Positions 45,894 through 55,668 of a stretch of 64,000 nucleotides of DNA are shown one piece after another. The DNA is from Myxococcales bacterium (GTDB lineage: Bacteria; Myxococcota_A; UBA796; GCA-2862545): positions 38 to 64,037 of the forward strand of contig JAHQVJ010000214.1 of NCBI GenBank assembly GCA_019634415.1. Reading direction: 5' to 3'. Below the pieces are notes generated by a model, which saw nothing but the letters and a program-made list of their open reading frames with translations, was not told the DNA's origin and did no database searches. The position numbers and the translations under genes were made by a program. Position 1 is the first letter of the stretch, and each line of letters starts with the position of its first letter.

Positions 45894-47309
45894 CTACCAG
45901 TCGCAGTGGCTGCTGGGGAACTTCTCGCGGGCGGACTGCATGAAGTCGAAGACGCGGCTGCGCAGCTTGATGCCGCGGTTGTCGGAGCCGGTCCAGGTGC
46001 CCTTCACGTGCGCCACGATCTGGCGGTTGCCGCCGTTGTAGTCGTAGATGGGCGAGCCGCTCTGGCCCTCGTTGGTGTCGTGGTCGTGGAACACGTACGA
46101 CACGCTGGTGGAGTCGATCTCGGCCTTCATGCCCCACATCGATCCCTTGCACTGATCGTCGGCGACGGGGGAGGAGCTCGGGCACTCCTTGCTGTGCAAG
46201 GGGTAGCCGAAGTTCCAGTGGTCGGTGCCCGCCAGGGAGTAGTCCACGCGATAGCCCAGTCCGCCGAAGGAGCAGCTGTTCGCGTTGTCGTAGAGTACCA
46301 GAACCACGAAGTCGCGCGTGTCCCAGCCGTTCTCCACATATTTCTTGTCGTAGTAGTACCACTGGATGTTCTTGTAGCCATTCGGTGTGGGGTCCCCGCC
46401 GTCGTTCACGTCGTGGATCCCGTCGGCTCCGGGCCACCAGTCGCGGGTCTTGAGGCTGCCCTCGCCGCCTCCCTCGGAGAACACACAGTGGGCTGCAGAC
46501 AACAGGTGTCGCTCCCCGTACTTCGACGCAGTGCAGCGACCCACAGGGGTCTGGTCGCGTGGCTTTCCGTTGGTCTCGAGGGATCCGATCACGCGCCAGG
46601 GGAACCGGGTCATGTCGTGGCCGCTGTAGGCCGACCGCATCGAGCGCCCGTCCCCGCCGAGCACGGCGCGCAGGCCCTGCAGCTCCACCTCCTCCTGCAG
46701 ATAGTGCGACTCGTCGGCGGCCCGGGTGTCCACGTCTCCGCGGGCGGCCCGCTCGGCCTCGAGGGATCCCTTCAGGTCGCGCGGGAGCCAGTCCCACATC
46801 TCGCCTGCGTCGTTGACGAAGGTACCCGCGAGCTCGTCCTCGTACAGCTCGCGATCCTCTTCGGCCAGCTCCTCTCGGCTCGGCTCCGCAGGCTCCTTGT
46901 CTTCGCGGGCGAGGCGGTCGCGCTCCTGCTCGTCGGCCGTGGCGATGCGCATGTAGCCAGCGAACTCGAACTGGGGATCCTCGGGATCGTCCGACAGCGA
47001 GGGCGGCACGGTGGGGATAGCACCGGTGGCCTGGTAGGCCTCGCGGCGAGCCTCGAAGAAGGCCATGTCGCGGGCGTACTGCTCCTCCTCTGCTGCGATG
47101 TCGTCGGGGAAGTCCGCCGGGTCGCCGAAGGGGAAGCTGTGGGGGGGCTCGGTGGAGCTGTCGGGCTCGGTCGTGGTGTCGGGGGGCAGGCCCGTGTCGA
47201 GCCCGGAGTCGGGGCACTCGACGTCACCGAAGCCGCAGCATCCAGAGGCCAGCAAGGCCAGCGCGGGAAGCAGTGCGATCGAGGAGCCCGTGGTTCGGGA
47301 AGGGGTCAT
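45894..47309 (-). CDS. secreted S1-family (V8/glutamyl endopeptidase-like) serine protease lipoprotein
   Basis: I trimmed the start to ATG 47309 after GGAGGA and found a lipobox (LLASGC). A long acidic propeptide-like region follows. The catalytic residues are His (LLSAAHC), Asp (RDFVVLVL) and Ser (NEGQSGSPIY). Confidence 0.75.
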   Translation of the reverse strand: MTPSRTTGSSIALLPALALLASGCCGFGDVECPDSGLDTGLPPDTTTEPDSSTEPPHSFPFGDPADFPDDIAAEEEQYARDMAFFEARREAYQATGAIPTVPPSLSDDPEDPQFEFAGYMRIATADEQERDRLAREDKEPAEPSREELAEEDRELYEDELAGTFVNDAGEMWDWLPRDLKGSLEAERAARGDVDTRAADESHYLQEEVELQGLRAVLGGDGRSMRSAYSGHDMTRFPWRVIGSLETNGKPRDQTPVGRCTASKYGERHLLSAAHCVFSEGGGEGSLKTRDWWPGADGIHDVNDGGDPTPNGYKNIQWYYYDKKYVENGWDTRDFVVLVLYDNANSCSFGGLGYRVDYSLAGTDHWNFGYPLHSKECPSSSPVADDQCKGSMWGMKAEIDSTSVSYVFHDHDTNEGQSGSPIYDYNGGNRQIVAHVKGTWTGSDNRGIKLRSRVFDFMQSAREKFPSSHCDW

Positions 47310-47429
47310 GGTGGTGCGTCCTCCTGCCTGGTGGATTGCAGGCGGTGTGCCGCACCGAGCAGCCCATTCGCGAGGTTGAACCATCCAGGAGACGCGCGGT
47401 GTGCGCGAGTGTGCGCGGGCCTGCGCGCG

Positions 47430-47879
47430 TCAGCTCACCAGGAGCAGCGCCGCGCCCACGGTCAGCGCGCCCAGCAGGAAGAAGCCGCCGAGCGCCAGGC
47501 ACCCCAGCGCGTTGCGGAACCCCGAGCTGCGCCGCCGAGGTGCGTTCACCGGCTGCAGGTCTTCGTCGAGGATCTCGGTGGCTGCGTCATCCATGCGCAG
47601 GGCTTTCAGCCGCGCCACCGACGGCGACGTCACCGGGCCAGCGGCGACCCGAGCGGCGAGCTCGGAGCCCAGGCGCCCGAAGGGGCGACCTCCATCGGTG
47701 GGCAGCGCCTCGACGTTCATCGCCGCACCGCGACGGGCCGCCTTCACGGCCGCGGTGGGCACGAAGGCGCTGCGCCGGCTGCCGTCCGACAGCTCCAGGT
47801 GCACGTGGGCTCCGCGGGGGCCCCACTCCACCTGTGTCAGGTGGCGAATCGTGATTCCCTCGGAAGGTCGGGGCATCAC
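47430..47879 (-). CDS. hypothetical tail-anchored membrane protein
   Basis: It is 149 aa with high GC3 and a single C-terminal helix (CLALGGFFLLGALTVGAALLLV). I recognise no family. Confidence 0.5.
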   Translation of the reverse strand: MMPRPSEGITIRHLTQVEWGPRGAHVHLELSDGSRRSAFVPTAAVKAARRGAAMNVEALPTDGGRPFGRLGSELAARVAAGPVTSPSVARLKALRMDDAATEILDEDLQPVNAPRRRSSGFRNALGCLALGGFFLLGALTVGAALLLVS

Positions 47880-47967
47880 AGGGCCCTAAGGCATTGGATC
47901 GCGCCTGGAGGGGACAGACCCGTAACAGCGGTCGTCGGCATCTTGCGGTCCCTCCCAACGTGCGAAG

Positions 47968-48921
47968 CTACGTGATCGGGGGATCGTCATGCAAGCCCAG
48001 TAGCTGCACGTTGATCATGGCTGCGACCTCGGGAGTGGACTCGGCGACCACCGCTCGTACCGCTCGAAAGTAGTCGATGTGCAGCTGGCGAATACGCTCG
48101 AGGTCCCGCCGAGAGACCGACATCACGTTGTAGGAGACGAGGTCGCCCGGGCGGGGCGTTCGGGCGCGCCGCACCCCCAAGCTGGCCCAGTGGGACTTGA
48201 GATCACGCATGGCGGTGGGGGCGTCTCGGGTGTCCACGGTGAGCACTCCACGGGCCCTGAACGTGCCGCGTCGGCGGGCCACCACGCCCGCCGCCAGGAG
48301 GGCTTGCAGGCAGTCCTGTGCCTCGTCCTCGGAGATGCCCAGGCACGTCGCCACCCGATCTGCGCGCACGCCCGGGTTGCACTCCAGGATGCGGACCACC
48401 GCCTCCGTCCACGGCTGCTCGAAGGCGAGCCGCCGCGAGGCGTGCACCCGCGCGTGCTGGTCGCGTAGGGCGGGGACCTGCTCGATGGGGACCAGCGCGC
48501 TCACCAGATCGGCGAGGCGGCCCGTGAGCGCGTCCACCAGGGTCAGGAACGCGGGCAGGCGGGGGCGGGTCACCCCGTTCATCCAGCGGGTGACCGCAAA
48601 GCGCGACAGATCCGCGCGGCGGGCGACCTCGGCGCGACTCAGCTGGCCCCGCAGCGCATCGAGCCACCGGGCCACGCCGGCCGTATCCCCCACGCCGAAG
48701 GCTTCGGCGGCTTCGGCGTGGAAGCTTCGCACAGCGGCCGCCACGTCGATGCCCGCCACGCGAGCGGCGGCGAAGGTACCGTCGGCCGTCGGGAAGCGGC
48801 GCCCGGCCTCCCAGCTGGCCACGGGGTTGCCCGTGAACCCGAGGCGCCGGGAGAAGGCTCGCTGGCTCCGGGATCCGCGAAGGGCGCGAAGGAGCTGTTT
48901 TGCTGCATCGTCGTAGTTCAT
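47968..48921 (-). CDS. DUF4423/TIGR02147-like regulator with two N-terminal HTH modules (paralog of 9225..10184)
   Basis: I trimmed the start to ATG 48921 (MNYDDAAKQLLRALRGSRSQRAFSRRLGFTGNPVASWEAGRR). It is collinear with the first paralog through to the C-terminal SYNV..VS...LE.IR.L...Y.RAVRA.V block. Confidence 0.6.
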   Translation of the reverse strand: MNYDDAAKQLLRALRGSRSQRAFSRRLGFTGNPVASWEAGRRFPTADGTFAAARVAGIDVAAAVRSFHAEAAEAFGVGDTAGVARWLDALRGQLSRAEVARRADLSRFAVTRWMNGVTRPRLPAFLTLVDALTGRLADLVSALVPIEQVPALRDQHARVHASRRLAFEQPWTEAVVRILECNPGVRADRVATCLGISEDEAQDCLQALLAAGVVARRRGTFRARGVLTVDTRDAPTAMRDLKSHWASLGVRRARTPRPGDLVSYNVMSVSRRDLERIRQLHIDYFRAVRAVVAESTPEVAAMINVQLLGLHDDPPIT

Positions 48922-49045
48922 GTGTTCGATATTGCTCCATGTGTCGCGGATCTGGCACCCAGAAAATGCAGAATCGAGAGGGTTCGGCCTTGTGTCGTGG
49001 CCGGCGCCCGGCGATGTTGGAGGCAGAGGGCACGAAGGAGGCACC

Positions 49046-49750
49046 GTGAAGACGCTGGCCATCACACTGTTTGCTGGTCCAATGCTCGCGGCCTGCGAGG
49101 TGGGGACCGCAGCCGACGATCCCACCCGTGGGGGCAATCAAGGAGGGCAGTCGGGATCCTTGATTCCCGCACAGTGCCAGGAGGTGGATCGGGTGACTGT
49201 GGCGGATCTCGCCTGGGTGCCCGACGGCGTGGGCCACTCGGCCCAGGACGTCATCGACGTGCAGATGGGGACCTTCGAGGGTGACTTCGCGGGGCAGCCC
49301 CTCACGCTGGGGCTCGAGGTGGCAGGGCCGGTGGAGCTCGTGTACGTCGAGGTCGTCGACACGGGTAGCGGACCCAAGACGGGGCCGGCCCCGGGGGCGC
49401 CTGCGGTTCGCTGTGGCCCGTTCCAGTGGGAGATCCCCATCACCGTCACGATGCAGTCTGCGCCGGACTTCGACGAGGTGTGGGAGCTCACCATGGCAGC
49501 AGACACGGTGGACTTGGGCCGGTGGTCGGCGCGGCTGGGGGTGGGAGAGCTGCAGGGGACCTACGCGCCGAACCACGATCCAGACGAGTGGGACGAGACG
49601 TGGCTGCACGTGGACGCACAGCACGGATCAGGCGCGTGGGACGGCTCTGCCGGGTGGATCTCCCACCGCGGGTCGGATCGACCGAGCGGTCCCAGCGAGG
49701 TGACGCTGGGCGGCGGCAGCGACTTCTTCAGCGCGAGTCCGGCGCGGTAG
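49046..49750 (+). CDS. hypothetical lipoprotein
   Basis: It starts at GTG 49046 after GGAGG and has a lipobox (MLAAC). I recognise no family. It is divergent from the DUF4423 regulator. Confidence 0.5.
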   Translation: MKTLAITLFAGPMLAACEVGTAADDPTRGGNQGGQSGSLIPAQCQEVDRVTVADLAWVPDGVGHSAQDVIDVQMGTFEGDFAGQPLTLGLEVAGPVELVYVEVVDTGSGPKTGPAPGAPAVRCGPFQWEIPITVTMQSAPDFDEVWELTMAADTVDLGRWSARLGVGELQGTYAPNHDPDEWDETWLHVDAQHGSGAWDGSAGWISHRGSDRPSGPSEVTLGGGSDFFSASPAR

Positions 49751-50669
49751 CGGGGGAGGTGGACGCCGCACGGGAGCGCTGCTTGTCGAGGGTCTGGCGG
49801 AACCGCTGCTCGAGCTTGCTGGCGAACGGCCCGAACGACTCGGCGTCCACGAAGGCCAGCGGATCTCCCGAGAGCAGGGCGCGGCGTTTCGCGGCCATGT
49901 CGAAGAACTCGGGGTGGTTGGCCAGGAACACGTCGGGCTTCCAGGTGCCGATACGCTCGAAGGTGGCCTCGTAGTCGGCGGCGATGCCTGGGTATTGCTC
50001 GGGTGCGACGAGCCGGTTGCCGGCCACCGTGGCGCTGCAGAAGAACATCACGTCGTAGGACGTTCCCTCGTGCTCGGTGGTGTGCCACCACGAGGTGCAG
50101 CCGCGGGTGTGGCCCGCGGTGACGTGGGGCACGAGGGAGACGGCGCCCAGCACCACGGGCTGCTCGTCCGACAGCACCTGGTCCACCTGAACGGGTGGCA
50201 TGGCGAACATGGGGTCGTCTTCCGAGCCCAGGTGGTGACCCCCCTCGAGGGCGGAGCGATCGCCCTCGCTGGCCACCAGCACCGCACCGGTGCGACGCTT
50301 CAGCTCGGCGAGGCCGCCGCTGTGGTCCAGGTGGGCATGGCTGTTGAGCAGCCACTTCACGTCGCCGAGCGACAACCCCAGCGCCTCGATGCTCGACGCG
50401 ATCATGGGCGCGTTCTCGGGGAGCCCGCCATCGAGCAGCACGTGACCCTCGTCGGAGGTGATCAGGTAGCTGCCCAGGCCGGCGCTCCCGACGTAGTAGA
50501 CGTTGCCGAGGATCCGGAAGGGATCGATGGGCTCGAGCCACGTGTCGAACCGCTCCAGCAGCTTCGGAGAGGTGGCATAGGTCCGCGGCTCCACGGCAGG
50601 CGCCGCGACGGGCTCGGGGACTGCGGTGGGAGGCGGGGCGGCGGTGCACGCGAGCAGCAGGGTCCACAT
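49728..50669 (-). CDS. subclass B3-like metallo-beta-lactamase-fold hydrolase
   Basis: It has a signal/lipobox-like N-terminus (MWTLLLACT) and an HxHxDH motif (NSHAHLDHSGG). The flanking YYVGSAGLGSYLITSDEGHVLLDGG and GHTRGCTSW blocks are typical of B3 enzymes. Confidence 0.75.
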   Translation of the reverse strand: MWTLLLACTAAPPPTAVPEPVAAPAVEPRTYATSPKLLERFDTWLEPIDPFRILGNVYYVGSAGLGSYLITSDEGHVLLDGGLPENAPMIASSIEALGLSLGDVKWLLNSHAHLDHSGGLAELKRRTGAVLVASEGDRSALEGGHHLGSEDDPMFAMPPVQVDQVLSDEQPVVLGAVSLVPHVTAGHTRGCTSWWHTTEHEGTSYDVMFFCSATVAGNRLVAPEQYPGIAADYEATFERIGTWKPDVFLANHPEFFDMAAKRRALLSGDPLAFVDAESFGPFASKLEQRFRQTLDKQRSRAASTSPATAPDSR

Positions 50670-50737
50670 GGGGCAACGCTAGCACGGGCGTTCGACCGTC
50701 TCTCCGTGACGTTACGGCACCCGGCGCAGGAGGCAAC

Positions 50738-51370
50738 GTGGCCATTCGTCTCGGAGATACCGCCCCGGACTTCACCGCCCCCACCACCGAGGGAGAGATC
50801 TCCTTCCACAGCTGGTTGGGCGACAGTTGGGGCGTGCTGTTCAGCCATCCCAAGGACTTCACACCGGTGTGCACCACGGAGCTCGGTCGTGCAGCGGCGC
50901 TGAAGGAGGCCTTCGCGTCGCGGAACACCAAGATCATCGGCGTGTCCGTCGACAGCGTCGAGGACCACCACGCCTGGGCTGGCGACATCGAGCGCACCCA
51001 GGGCCATGCGCTGAACTTCCCCCTCGTCGGGGACCCGGACCGCACGGTGGCCACGCTCTACGACATGATCCACCCCAACGCCGACAACACGCTGACGGTG
51101 CGGTCGGTGTTCGTGATCGCGCCCGACAAGACCGTGAAGCTCACCCTGACCTACCCCGCGAGCACCGGACGGAACTTCGACGAGCTGCTGCGCGTGATCG
51201 ACAGCCTGCAGCTCACGGCCCACAAGCAGCTCGCCACTCCGGCCGACTGGAAGGCCGGTGACGACGTCATCGTGGCGCCCAGCGTGTCGGACGACGAGGC
51301 CCGCGAGCGCTTCGGCGACTTCACCGCCCACACCTCGTACCTGCGCACCATTCCCGCGTCGAAGGCCTAG
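50738..51370 (+). CDS. 1-Cys peroxiredoxin (Prx6 type)
   Basis: It has LGDTAPDF and the peroxidatic Cys block HPKDFTPVCTTELG. It is 210 aa. Confidence 0.9.
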   Translation: MAIRLGDTAPDFTAPTTEGEISFHSWLGDSWGVLFSHPKDFTPVCTTELGRAAALKEAFASRNTKIIGVSVDSVEDHHAWAGDIERTQGHALNFPLVGDPDRTVATLYDMIHPNADNTLTVRSVFVIAPDKTVKLTLTYPASTGRNFDELLRVIDSLQLTAHKQLATPADWKAGDDVIVAPSVSDDEARERFGDFTAHTSYLRTIPASKA

Positions 51371-51373
51371 ATC

Positions 51374-52291
51374 ATGTCCATCTACGGCTGGTTTCAACGC
51401 ACCGGAGAGAGCGGCTTCGGCTACAACTCGAGCGCCGAGGACGTCACCGCCGGGCTCGATCTGTCCGGCAAGACCTACCTCGTCACCGGCAGCAACTCGG
51501 GGCTGGGGCTGGAGACGATGCGGGTGCTGGCGATGCGGGGGGCGCGCGTGCTCGGCTGTGCGCGCACCCAGGAGAAGGCTGATGCGGCCTGCGCTTCGGT
51601 GTCGGGCGATGCGGTGGGGGTGGCCTGCGAGCTGTCGGAGCCCGACTCGGTGCGCGCGTCGGTCGAAGCGGTGAAGGCCCTGGGCCATCCGCTCGACGGC
51701 ATCGTGGCCAACGCCGGCATCATGGCGCTGCCCACGCGCGAGAAGAAGCACGGGCTGGAGATGCAGTTCCTCACGAACCACGTGGGGCACCACATCCTGA
51801 TCACGGGGCTCCTCGACGAGCTGACCGAGGACGGGCGGGTGGTGATGCTGTCGAGCTCGGCCCATCGCGGGCCCTACCGCCAGGGGATCCGCTTCGACGA
51901 CCTGTCGGGCGACGAGCACTACTCGGCCTGGGGGGCCTACGGCCAGTCGAAGCTGGCCAACGTGCTGTTCGCCACGGGTCTGGCCAAGCGGCTGCCCGAG
52001 GGCCAGACGGCCAATGCGGTGCACCCCGGCGTCATCGCCACCAACCTCGGCCGCCACATGCCCGCACCCATGCGCGCGCTGCTGAACACCGTGGCCCCGG
52101 TCGCGTTCCTGAAGAACGTGGGCCAGGGAGCGGCCACGCAGACCTACGTGGCGACCCATCCCTCGCTGTCCGGCGTCACGGGCCGGTACTTCGAGGACTG
52201 CAACGAGGCACGGCCGAGCGCGTTCGGGCGAGACGAGGCGATGGTGGAGCGCCTGTGGGAGACCACGGAGTCGCTGGTGGCGGACCTATGA
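51374..52291 (+). CDS. short-chain dehydrogenase/reductase (retinol dehydrogenase-like)
   Basis: It has [10 protein letters not shown] (TGxxxGxG), NAG, and the YGQSK catalytic Y-x-x-x-K. It lies 3 nt after the Prx stop. Confidence 0.85.
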   Translation: MSIYGWFQRTGESGFGYNSSAEDVTAGLDLSGKTYLVTGSNSGLGLETMRVLAMRGARVLGCARTQEKADAACASVSGDAVGVACELSEPDSVRASVEAVKALGHPLDGIVANAGIMALPTREKKHGLEMQFLTNHVGHHILITGLLDELTEDGRVVMLSSSAHRGPYRQGIRFDDLSGDEHYSAWGAYGQSKLANVLFATGLAKRLPEGQTANAVHPGVIATNLGRHMPAPMRALLNTVAPVAFLKNVGQGAATQTYVATHPSLSGVTGRYFEDCNEARPSAFGRDEAMVERLWETTESLVADL

Positions 52292-52749
52292 GCACCCACC
52301 GCTTCGAGCTGAACGGGCGCGAGGTGACGGTGGAGGCCGAGCCCGACATGCCGCTGCTGTGGGTGCTGCGCGACCTGCTGGAGCTCACGGGCACCAAGTA
52401 CGGGTGTGGCATGGGTCAGTGCCGAGCGTGCACGGTGCACGTGGACGGTTCTGCGGTGGCGGCGTGCCTGATGCCCGTGAGCGGTGCTCAGGGGCGCGCG
52501 GTGACCACCATCGAGGGGCTGAGGACCGACACGCTCCATCCGCTGCAGGAGGCCTGGGTGGCCGAGCAGGTGCCCCAGTGTGGCTACTGCCAGTCGGGGC
52601 AGATCATGACGGCAGCGGCCCTGCTGGCGACGAACCCGACTCCCACCGACGACGACATCGACGCCGCCATGTCGGCCAACCTGTGCCGCTGTGGGACCTA
52701 CAACCGGATCCGGCGGGCCATCCACCGCGCCGCCACGGGAGCGTCGTGA
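52288..52749 (+). CDS. (2Fe-2S)-binding small subunit of a molybdopterin oxidoreductase (IorA/aldehyde oxidase type)
   Basis: ATG 52288 overlaps the SDR stop (ATGA). It has two Fe-S motifs ([11 protein letters not shown] and CGYCQSG...CRCGTY). Confidence 0.85.
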   Translation: MSTHRFELNGREVTVEAEPDMPLLWVLRDLLELTGTKYGCGMGQCRACTVHVDGSAVAACLMPVSGAQGRAVTTIEGLRTDTLHPLQEAWVAEQVPQCGYCQSGQIMTAAALLATNPTPTDDDIDAAMSANLCRCGTYNRIRRAIHRAATGAS

Positions 52750-54854
52750 TGGATCGACGCACGTTTCTGCGAGCGGGCGGAGGGGCCCTGGTGCTGGGCT
52801 TCACGTTGCCAGGCTGCCTGCGGCGGGAGATGGCGACGGCGCCGGCGGGAACGGTGTCGCAGGCCAACGTGCCCGTGCCCGGTGCGGGGCAGGACGTCTC
52901 GGCTTGGGTGCGCATCGGCGCCGACGGCGCGGTGCAGCTCTCGGTGCCGGAGGCGGAGATGGGGCAGGGCGTGCACACCGCGCTGGCCCAGATCCTGGCG
53001 GACGAGCTCGGCCTCGAGTGGGACGCCGTGCAGGTGTTCCATGCGCCTGCCGACGAGGCCACCTTCGGGCGTCAGAGCACGGGGGGCAGCACCTCGATCC
53101 GACATGGCGAGAAGCCCACGCGCCTGGCCGCAGCGGCCGCGCGGGAGATGCTGGTGGGCGCCGCTGCGGCGGAGTGGGGCGTGGACGTAGCCCAGTGCGA
53201 GGCCGTGGCAGGCCGCGTGACGGGCCCCGAGGGGCGCTCGGCCAGCTTCGGTCAGCTCGCCGAGGGCGCGTCTCGCCAGCCGATGCCGACCTCGCCTGCG
53301 CTGCGCGCGGGACCGGCACGCTACGTGGGCCGGCCGATGCCGCGCCTGGACGTGCCGTCGAAGGTCGACGGCACGGCCGTCTTCGGTCTCGACGTGCGCC
53401 TGCCCGAGGGCATGCGCTTCGCCTCCATCGAGCGCAGCCCCACCTTCGGCGGCACGGTGGCCGAGGTGGACGACACCGCCGCTCGGGCGGTTCGGGGTGT
53501 GGTGGACGTGGTGACCGTCGACAGCGGTGTGGCGGTGGTGGCGGAGCACACCTGGGCCGCGCTGAAGGGCCGCGAGGCACTGCGCGACCGGATCCGCTGG
53601 AGCGAGGGCCCGCACCCCTCGCTGTCGTCGGAGCAGGTGCGCCAGGCGTGCGTGGAGGCGCTGGCCGGGGCGAAGAAGGCCGAGGGGGCCCGGGGCGACG
53701 TGGCCCGCGGCATCGAGGGGGCCACGAAGACGCTGGCCGCCACCTACGATGCTCCCTACCTGGCCCACACGGCCATGGAGCCACTGTCGTGCACCGCCCG
53801 CGTCACCGAGGGGGGCTGCGACCTGTGGGTGGCCACCCAGAGCCCCACCGCGTGCGTGAAGGCGGCGGCGAAGGTCACGGGGCTGCCCGAGTCCTCCATC
53901 CGGGTGCACTCCACCATGCTCGGCGGTGGCTTCGGGCGCCGGTCCCACACGGACTACGTGGAGGACGCGCTGCACGTGGCCAAGGCCGTGGACGGCCCGG
54001 TGCAGGTGGTGTGGTCGCGCACCGACGACGTGCGGGCGGGCTGGTACCGTCCGGTGGCGCACAACGTGCTGCAGGGCGGTGTGGACGAGCGGGGCCTGCC
54101 GGTGGTGTGGTCGCATCGGCTCGCGAGCCCCTTCATCCGTGGCTACGACGGTCCCACCACCGAGGGTGCGGCGAACCTCCCCTATGCGGTGCCCGACTTC
54201 GAGGTGCGCTACGCCGACGTGTCGCTGCCGGTGCCCGTGTGGTGGTGGCGATCGGTGGGTAGCTCCCAGAATGCGTGGGTGACGGAGTGCTTCTTCGACG
54301 AGCTGTGCCGCCTGGGGGGCTCCGATCCGGTGGAGGCCCGAGTGGCGCTGCTGGCGGCGCATCCGCGGCACGTGGCGGTGCTGAAGACGGCGGCGGAGCG
54401 GGCGGGGTGGGGCACACCGCTGCCCGAGGGGCGCGCTCGGGGCGTGGCGGTGCATCACAGCTTCGACAGCGTGGTGGCCCAGGTGGTGGAGGTGTCCATC
54501 GACGAAGGTCAGGTGCGGGTGCACCGGGTGGTGTGTGCCGTGGACTGCGGCCAGGTCATCAACCCCGACACGGTGGTGGCTCAGATGGAGAGCGGCATCG
54601 TCTACGGCCTGTCGGCTGCCTTGCACGGCGAGATCACGTTCGCGGACGGCCGAGTGCAGCAGAGCAACTTCCACGACTACGCCGCACTGCGGATGTCCCA
54701 GATGCCGTCCATCGAGACGCACCTGGTGCCCAGCGGCGACGCCCATGGCGGGATCGGCGAGCCGGGCACGCCCCCCATCGCGCCGGCGGTGTGCAACGCC
54801 GTGCTGGCGCTGACGGGCACCCCCGTGAGGAGCCTGCCGATCCGCCTGGCTTAG
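52749..54854 (+). CDS. molybdopterin-binding large subunit (IorB/aldehyde oxidase beta-like), Tat-exported
   Basis: ATG 52749 overlaps the preceding TGA. It has a twin-arginine signal ([18 protein letters not shown]) and an EMGQGVHTALAQILADELG block typical of the xanthine dehydrogenase family. It is about 701 aa. Confidence 0.8.
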   Translation: MDRRTFLRAGGGALVLGFTLPGCLRREMATAPAGTVSQANVPVPGAGQDVSAWVRIGADGAVQLSVPEAEMGQGVHTALAQILADELGLEWDAVQVFHAPADEATFGRQSTGGSTSIRHGEKPTRLAAAAAREMLVGAAAAEWGVDVAQCEAVAGRVTGPEGRSASFGQLAEGASRQPMPTSPALRAGPARYVGRPMPRLDVPSKVDGTAVFGLDVRLPEGMRFASIERSPTFGGTVAEVDDTAARAVRGVVDVVTVDSGVAVVAEHTWAALKGREALRDRIRWSEGPHPSLSSEQVRQACVEALAGAKKAEGARGDVARGIEGATKTLAATYDAPYLAHTAMEPLSCTARVTEGGCDLWVATQSPTACVKAAAKVTGLPESSIRVHSTMLGGGFGRRSHTDYVEDALHVAKAVDGPVQVVWSRTDDVRAGWYRPVAHNVLQGGVDERGLPVVWSHRLASPFIRGYDGPTTEGAANLPYAVPDFEVRYADVSLPVPVWWWRSVGSSQNAWVTECFFDELCRLGGSDPVEARVALLAAHPRHVAVLKTAAERAGWGTPLPEGRARGVAVHHSFDSVVAQVVEVSIDEGQVRVHRVVCAVDCGQVINPDTVVAQMESGIVYGLSAALHGEITFADGRVQQSNFHDYAALRMSQMPSIETHLVPSGDAHGGIGEPGTPPIAPAVCNAVLALTGTPVRSLPIRLA

Positions 54855-55609
54855 AGGCCCTTCAGTTGCAAGCCCTGCAGCTGACGCAGGGCTGCGCGGG
54901 TGTATCCGCGCTGGTTGGGCTCCAGCCAGCGCAGCAGGCGCCAGCGTGGCCACCAGCCGAGGGTGCGCGCTCGAAGGGTCGCGGCGAAGGCGAAGCTCAT
55001 CATCTGCGGCGACAGGTAGCCCGACTGTGACCAGCGGTAGCCGCTGTACAGCGCGGCACCGCGCTCCTCGGCGAAGCTGCGGTAGCGGTAGGTGTTGTTG
55101 ACCGTGAAGACGCCGAAACCCAGGTAGATGGTGGTCAGGTCCGTGAGGCACTCCTCTTCGTCGCGGTCGTCGCGCACCAGCCCAGCCTCGTGGCGGTAGG
55201 CGTGGGCGGCCTCGTGGGCCAGCACGCCCACCAGCTGCTCGCCAGCCTCCTCGAGCTGCTGCACGGCACAGCCGAAGTGGGCCACGTCGCGGTGGATGCC
55301 GCCGAACCAGGCCGCCGCTCCGTGGTGGCGGTAGGACGCCTCGCCGTGCGCCGAGACGTGGTCCACCGTGGACTCTCCCTCGAAGCGCTCGATCAGCAGC
55401 TTCAGGTGGTCTAGGCCCACGTAGCCGAGGATGCGCCGCAGCAGGCGCTCGAGAGAGGGCACGTCTCCGTTCCAGGGGTCGGGGAAGGCCTCGTCGGTGG
55501 GCAGCCAGATGGGACCTCGCACCAGCGGATCAGGACCTCGGGCCTGTACGAGGGCTCCCAGCTCCTCGAGGATCCAGTCTTGCTCGTCTGGCGTGGGCAG
55601 TCGGCTCAT
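54851..55609 (-). CDS. hypothetical HEXXH zinc metallopeptidase-like protein
   Basis: It is 252 aa with an HEAAH motif (VLAHEAAHAYRHE). I recognise no further family. Confidence 0.5.
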   Translation of the reverse strand: MSRLPTPDEQDWILEELGALVQARGPDPLVRGPIWLPTDEAFPDPWNGDVPSLERLLRRILGYVGLDHLKLLIERFEGESTVDHVSAHGEASYRHHGAAAWFGGIHRDVAHFGCAVQQLEEAGEQLVGVLAHEAAHAYRHEAGLVRDDRDEEECLTDLTTIYLGFGVFTVNNTYRYRSFAEERGAALYSGYRWSQSGYLSPQMMSFAFAATLRARTLGWWPRWRLLRWLEPNQRGYTRAALRQLQGLQLKGL

Positions 55610-55668
55610 CGCTCCTCCGGCCCCTCCCTACGATCCAGGGCCGGGTTGGCTTGCCCCACGCGCCGATC

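Noticed and set aside
45621-47975. 784-aa plus-strand ORF and the 511-aa minus off-frame ORF
   Set aside because: They overlap the S1 protease (His/Asp/Ser triad frame) and hydroxylase genes. Their composition is low-complexity.
52698-55151. 817-aa minus-strand ORF and the 523-aa plus off-frame ORF
   Set aside because: The true frame (52749..54854) has a Tat signal and xanthine-dehydrogenase-family blocks.
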